A stretch of DNA of 35,805 nt from positions 1 through 35,805 of IMG/VR virus record IMGVR_UViG_3300049783_000756; one strand, written 5' to 3'. Both the position numbers and the translations under genes were made by a program. A model generated the notes under the pieces. That model worked only from the letters and a program-made list of their open reading frames with translations, was not told the DNA's origin and searched no databases. This stretch comes from a virus (Duplodnaviria; Caudoviricetes). This document shows positions 34,682 to 35,805 of the stretch, one piece after another; position 1 is the stretch's first letter, and every line of letters begins with the position of its first letter.

Positions 34682-35805
34682 TATGCAATCCCTCCGTCTG
34701 TGATTGTCCAGCCGTCTGTGCTGATGAGGTTGGCCCGTGCCGCGGCGGCCACCCCGCCGCCTGTGTAAGTGCCCAAGCCGAAATTGGGCGACATGCCGTT
34801 GAACGGGTCTTGTGCGTCCCAATTGATCAGCAGCGCATCATAACGGGATGTCGGGAGTGTGACGTTCAAGGCGAACCCGTCGAGACTGGTTGTGGCGTTA
34901 AGGGCTTCAATGTTGAAGTTTTCGATGCCTATGATGTCTGTTAATGAGCTGTCCGAATTAAACATTCCAACCATTTGCGTCACGTTTGACGTGTCAACGT
35001 TGGTAAAGTCTGCGGTTATTAAATCTGGGCAAGTGCGCAGCATCCAAGTCATATTGGTGACGCCTGACGTGTCCGTTTTTCCAGCCACAAAAGATGTCAT
35101 ATTTAAGCAGCCAAAGAATGATCCATTTAGCGCAAGCCACCCCATAACGCCCAAGTTTTCAACCGACGTGACTTTGAGTTTGTCGCCAGCGTTGTTAAAG
35201 TAGATATTCGGGAACGCGCCGCCGGGGTTGGGGGTGATCTTGATTTGATAGCTGCCAGCCGTGGCATAAACGTGCGCCAAGTCAGCGTCATTAAACGCTG
35301 TGATCACACTCTTTGACCCGTCGCCCCACTCCACTGTTGCGTCAAATACGCCGATGTTTTGGCAAGGGATGGTAAACGTCTCTGTCGCCGTTGTGGTCAA
35401 AACAGTCATCAAGAAGGCTTCGGTGGTCCATGTGACCGGCCCAGATGATGCCATTGAACAGGAGAACGTTGTGGGGTCCGATCCTTCCGCGCCGCTTGGT
35501 ACGAAGTTGGACAGAAAGAACCCGCCCGCACATGTAAGCGTGCCGATGCCCACGATCTCGACTTGCAAGTCGTGCAAAGACGTACCAGACGCCGCCGCCT
35601 CAGTAAGTGCCAGCAGCGTGTCATTTTTTAGAACGCCCTCAAGATCCATCGAAACCGACTGAACCCCAATGTCATTGAGCAGCGTTTGCACGCCCAAATC
35701 ATCCTTGTCCGTGATGTTAATCATTTCATTCGCGATGGTGAAACTGTCCGTTCGCGCGCCAGCGATTACCGCCATGCCCGCGCCCGCGTTATATGAAATC
35801 CTGAC
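34681..35805 (-). CDS. Second tail tube paralogue fused to PKD-like and DUF285/BspA repeat domains (5' end outside window)
   Basis: Frame open to the window edge (VRISYNAGAGMAV); N-terminal 119 aa about 78% identical to 32952..33365 by hand count; VEWGDG...HVYATAGSY; DTSGVTNM and DTSNVTQM repeats. Confidence 0.85.
   Translation of the reverse strand, partial: VRISYNAGAGMAVIAGARTDSFTIANEMINITDKDDLGVQTLLNDIGVQSVSMDLEGVLKNDTLLALTEAAASGTSLHDLQVEIVGIGTLTCAGGFFLSNFVPSGAEGSDPTTFSCSMASSGPVTWTTEAFLMTVLTTTATETFTIPCQNIGVFDATVEWGDGSKSVITAFNDADLAHVYATAGSYQIKITPNPGGAFPNIYFNNAGDKLKVTSVENLGVMGWLALNGSFFGCLNMTSFVAGKTDTSGVTNMTWMLRTCPDLITADFTNVDTSNVTQMVGMFNSDSSLTDIIGIENFNIEALNATTSLDGFALNVTLPTSRYDALLINWDAQDPFNGMSPNFGLGTYTGGGVAAAARANLISTDGWTITDGGIA

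Larger units (their letters stand above)
1..35805. mobile_element. Tailed dsDNA bacteriophage (siphovirus-like), partial genome
   Basis: Terminase, portal, head morphogenesis, tape measure, tail tube, lysis and replication/recombination genes in typical modules; no host housekeeping genes. Confidence 0.97.

Overview
The window is most of the genome of a dsDNA tailed phage with siphovirus-type tail genes. The host is probably an alphaproteobacterium (Rhodobacteraceae-like gene families), which is an inference. It begins inside the prohead protease gene and ends inside a tail-tube paralogue, so the major capsid gene lies outside it. Minus strand 1-12073: head morphogenesis gene, a DNA adenine/N4C methyltransferase with three morons, DUF1073-type portal, terminase large and small subunits, an array of small genes joined by a shared junction repeat, an AT-rich repeat-bearing putative origin, a DUF3987-like replication ATPase, a C5 methyltransferase and an HTH regulator. 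Plus strand 12225-20728: Sak4-like ATPase, SSB, nucleotidyltransferase, YqaJ-like protein, a second adenine/N4C methyltransferase, SF2 helicase, VRR-NUC nuclease and small genes. A divergent island at 20826-23315 is centred on a degenerate serine-resolvase-like gene. Minus strand 23366-35805 holds lysis and tail genes. Highlights: (1) a C5 methyltransferase whose motif IX is in an overlapping alternative-frame ORF (EcoHK31I-like alpha/beta); (2) a YqaJ/lambda-exonuclease homologue with its catalytic residues replaced, directly after a Pol-beta-type nucleotidyltransferase; (3) a resolvase homologue lacking the catalytic Ser, apparently on a leaderless mRNA; (4) a duplicated major tail gene fused to PKD-like and DUF285/BspA repeats; (5) a clear -1 frameshift signal in the tail chaperone; (6) two repeat-delimited small-gene arrays. 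I saw no integrase, DNA polymerase, tRNA, rRNA or CRISPR array. All family calls are from motif recognition, not database searches.
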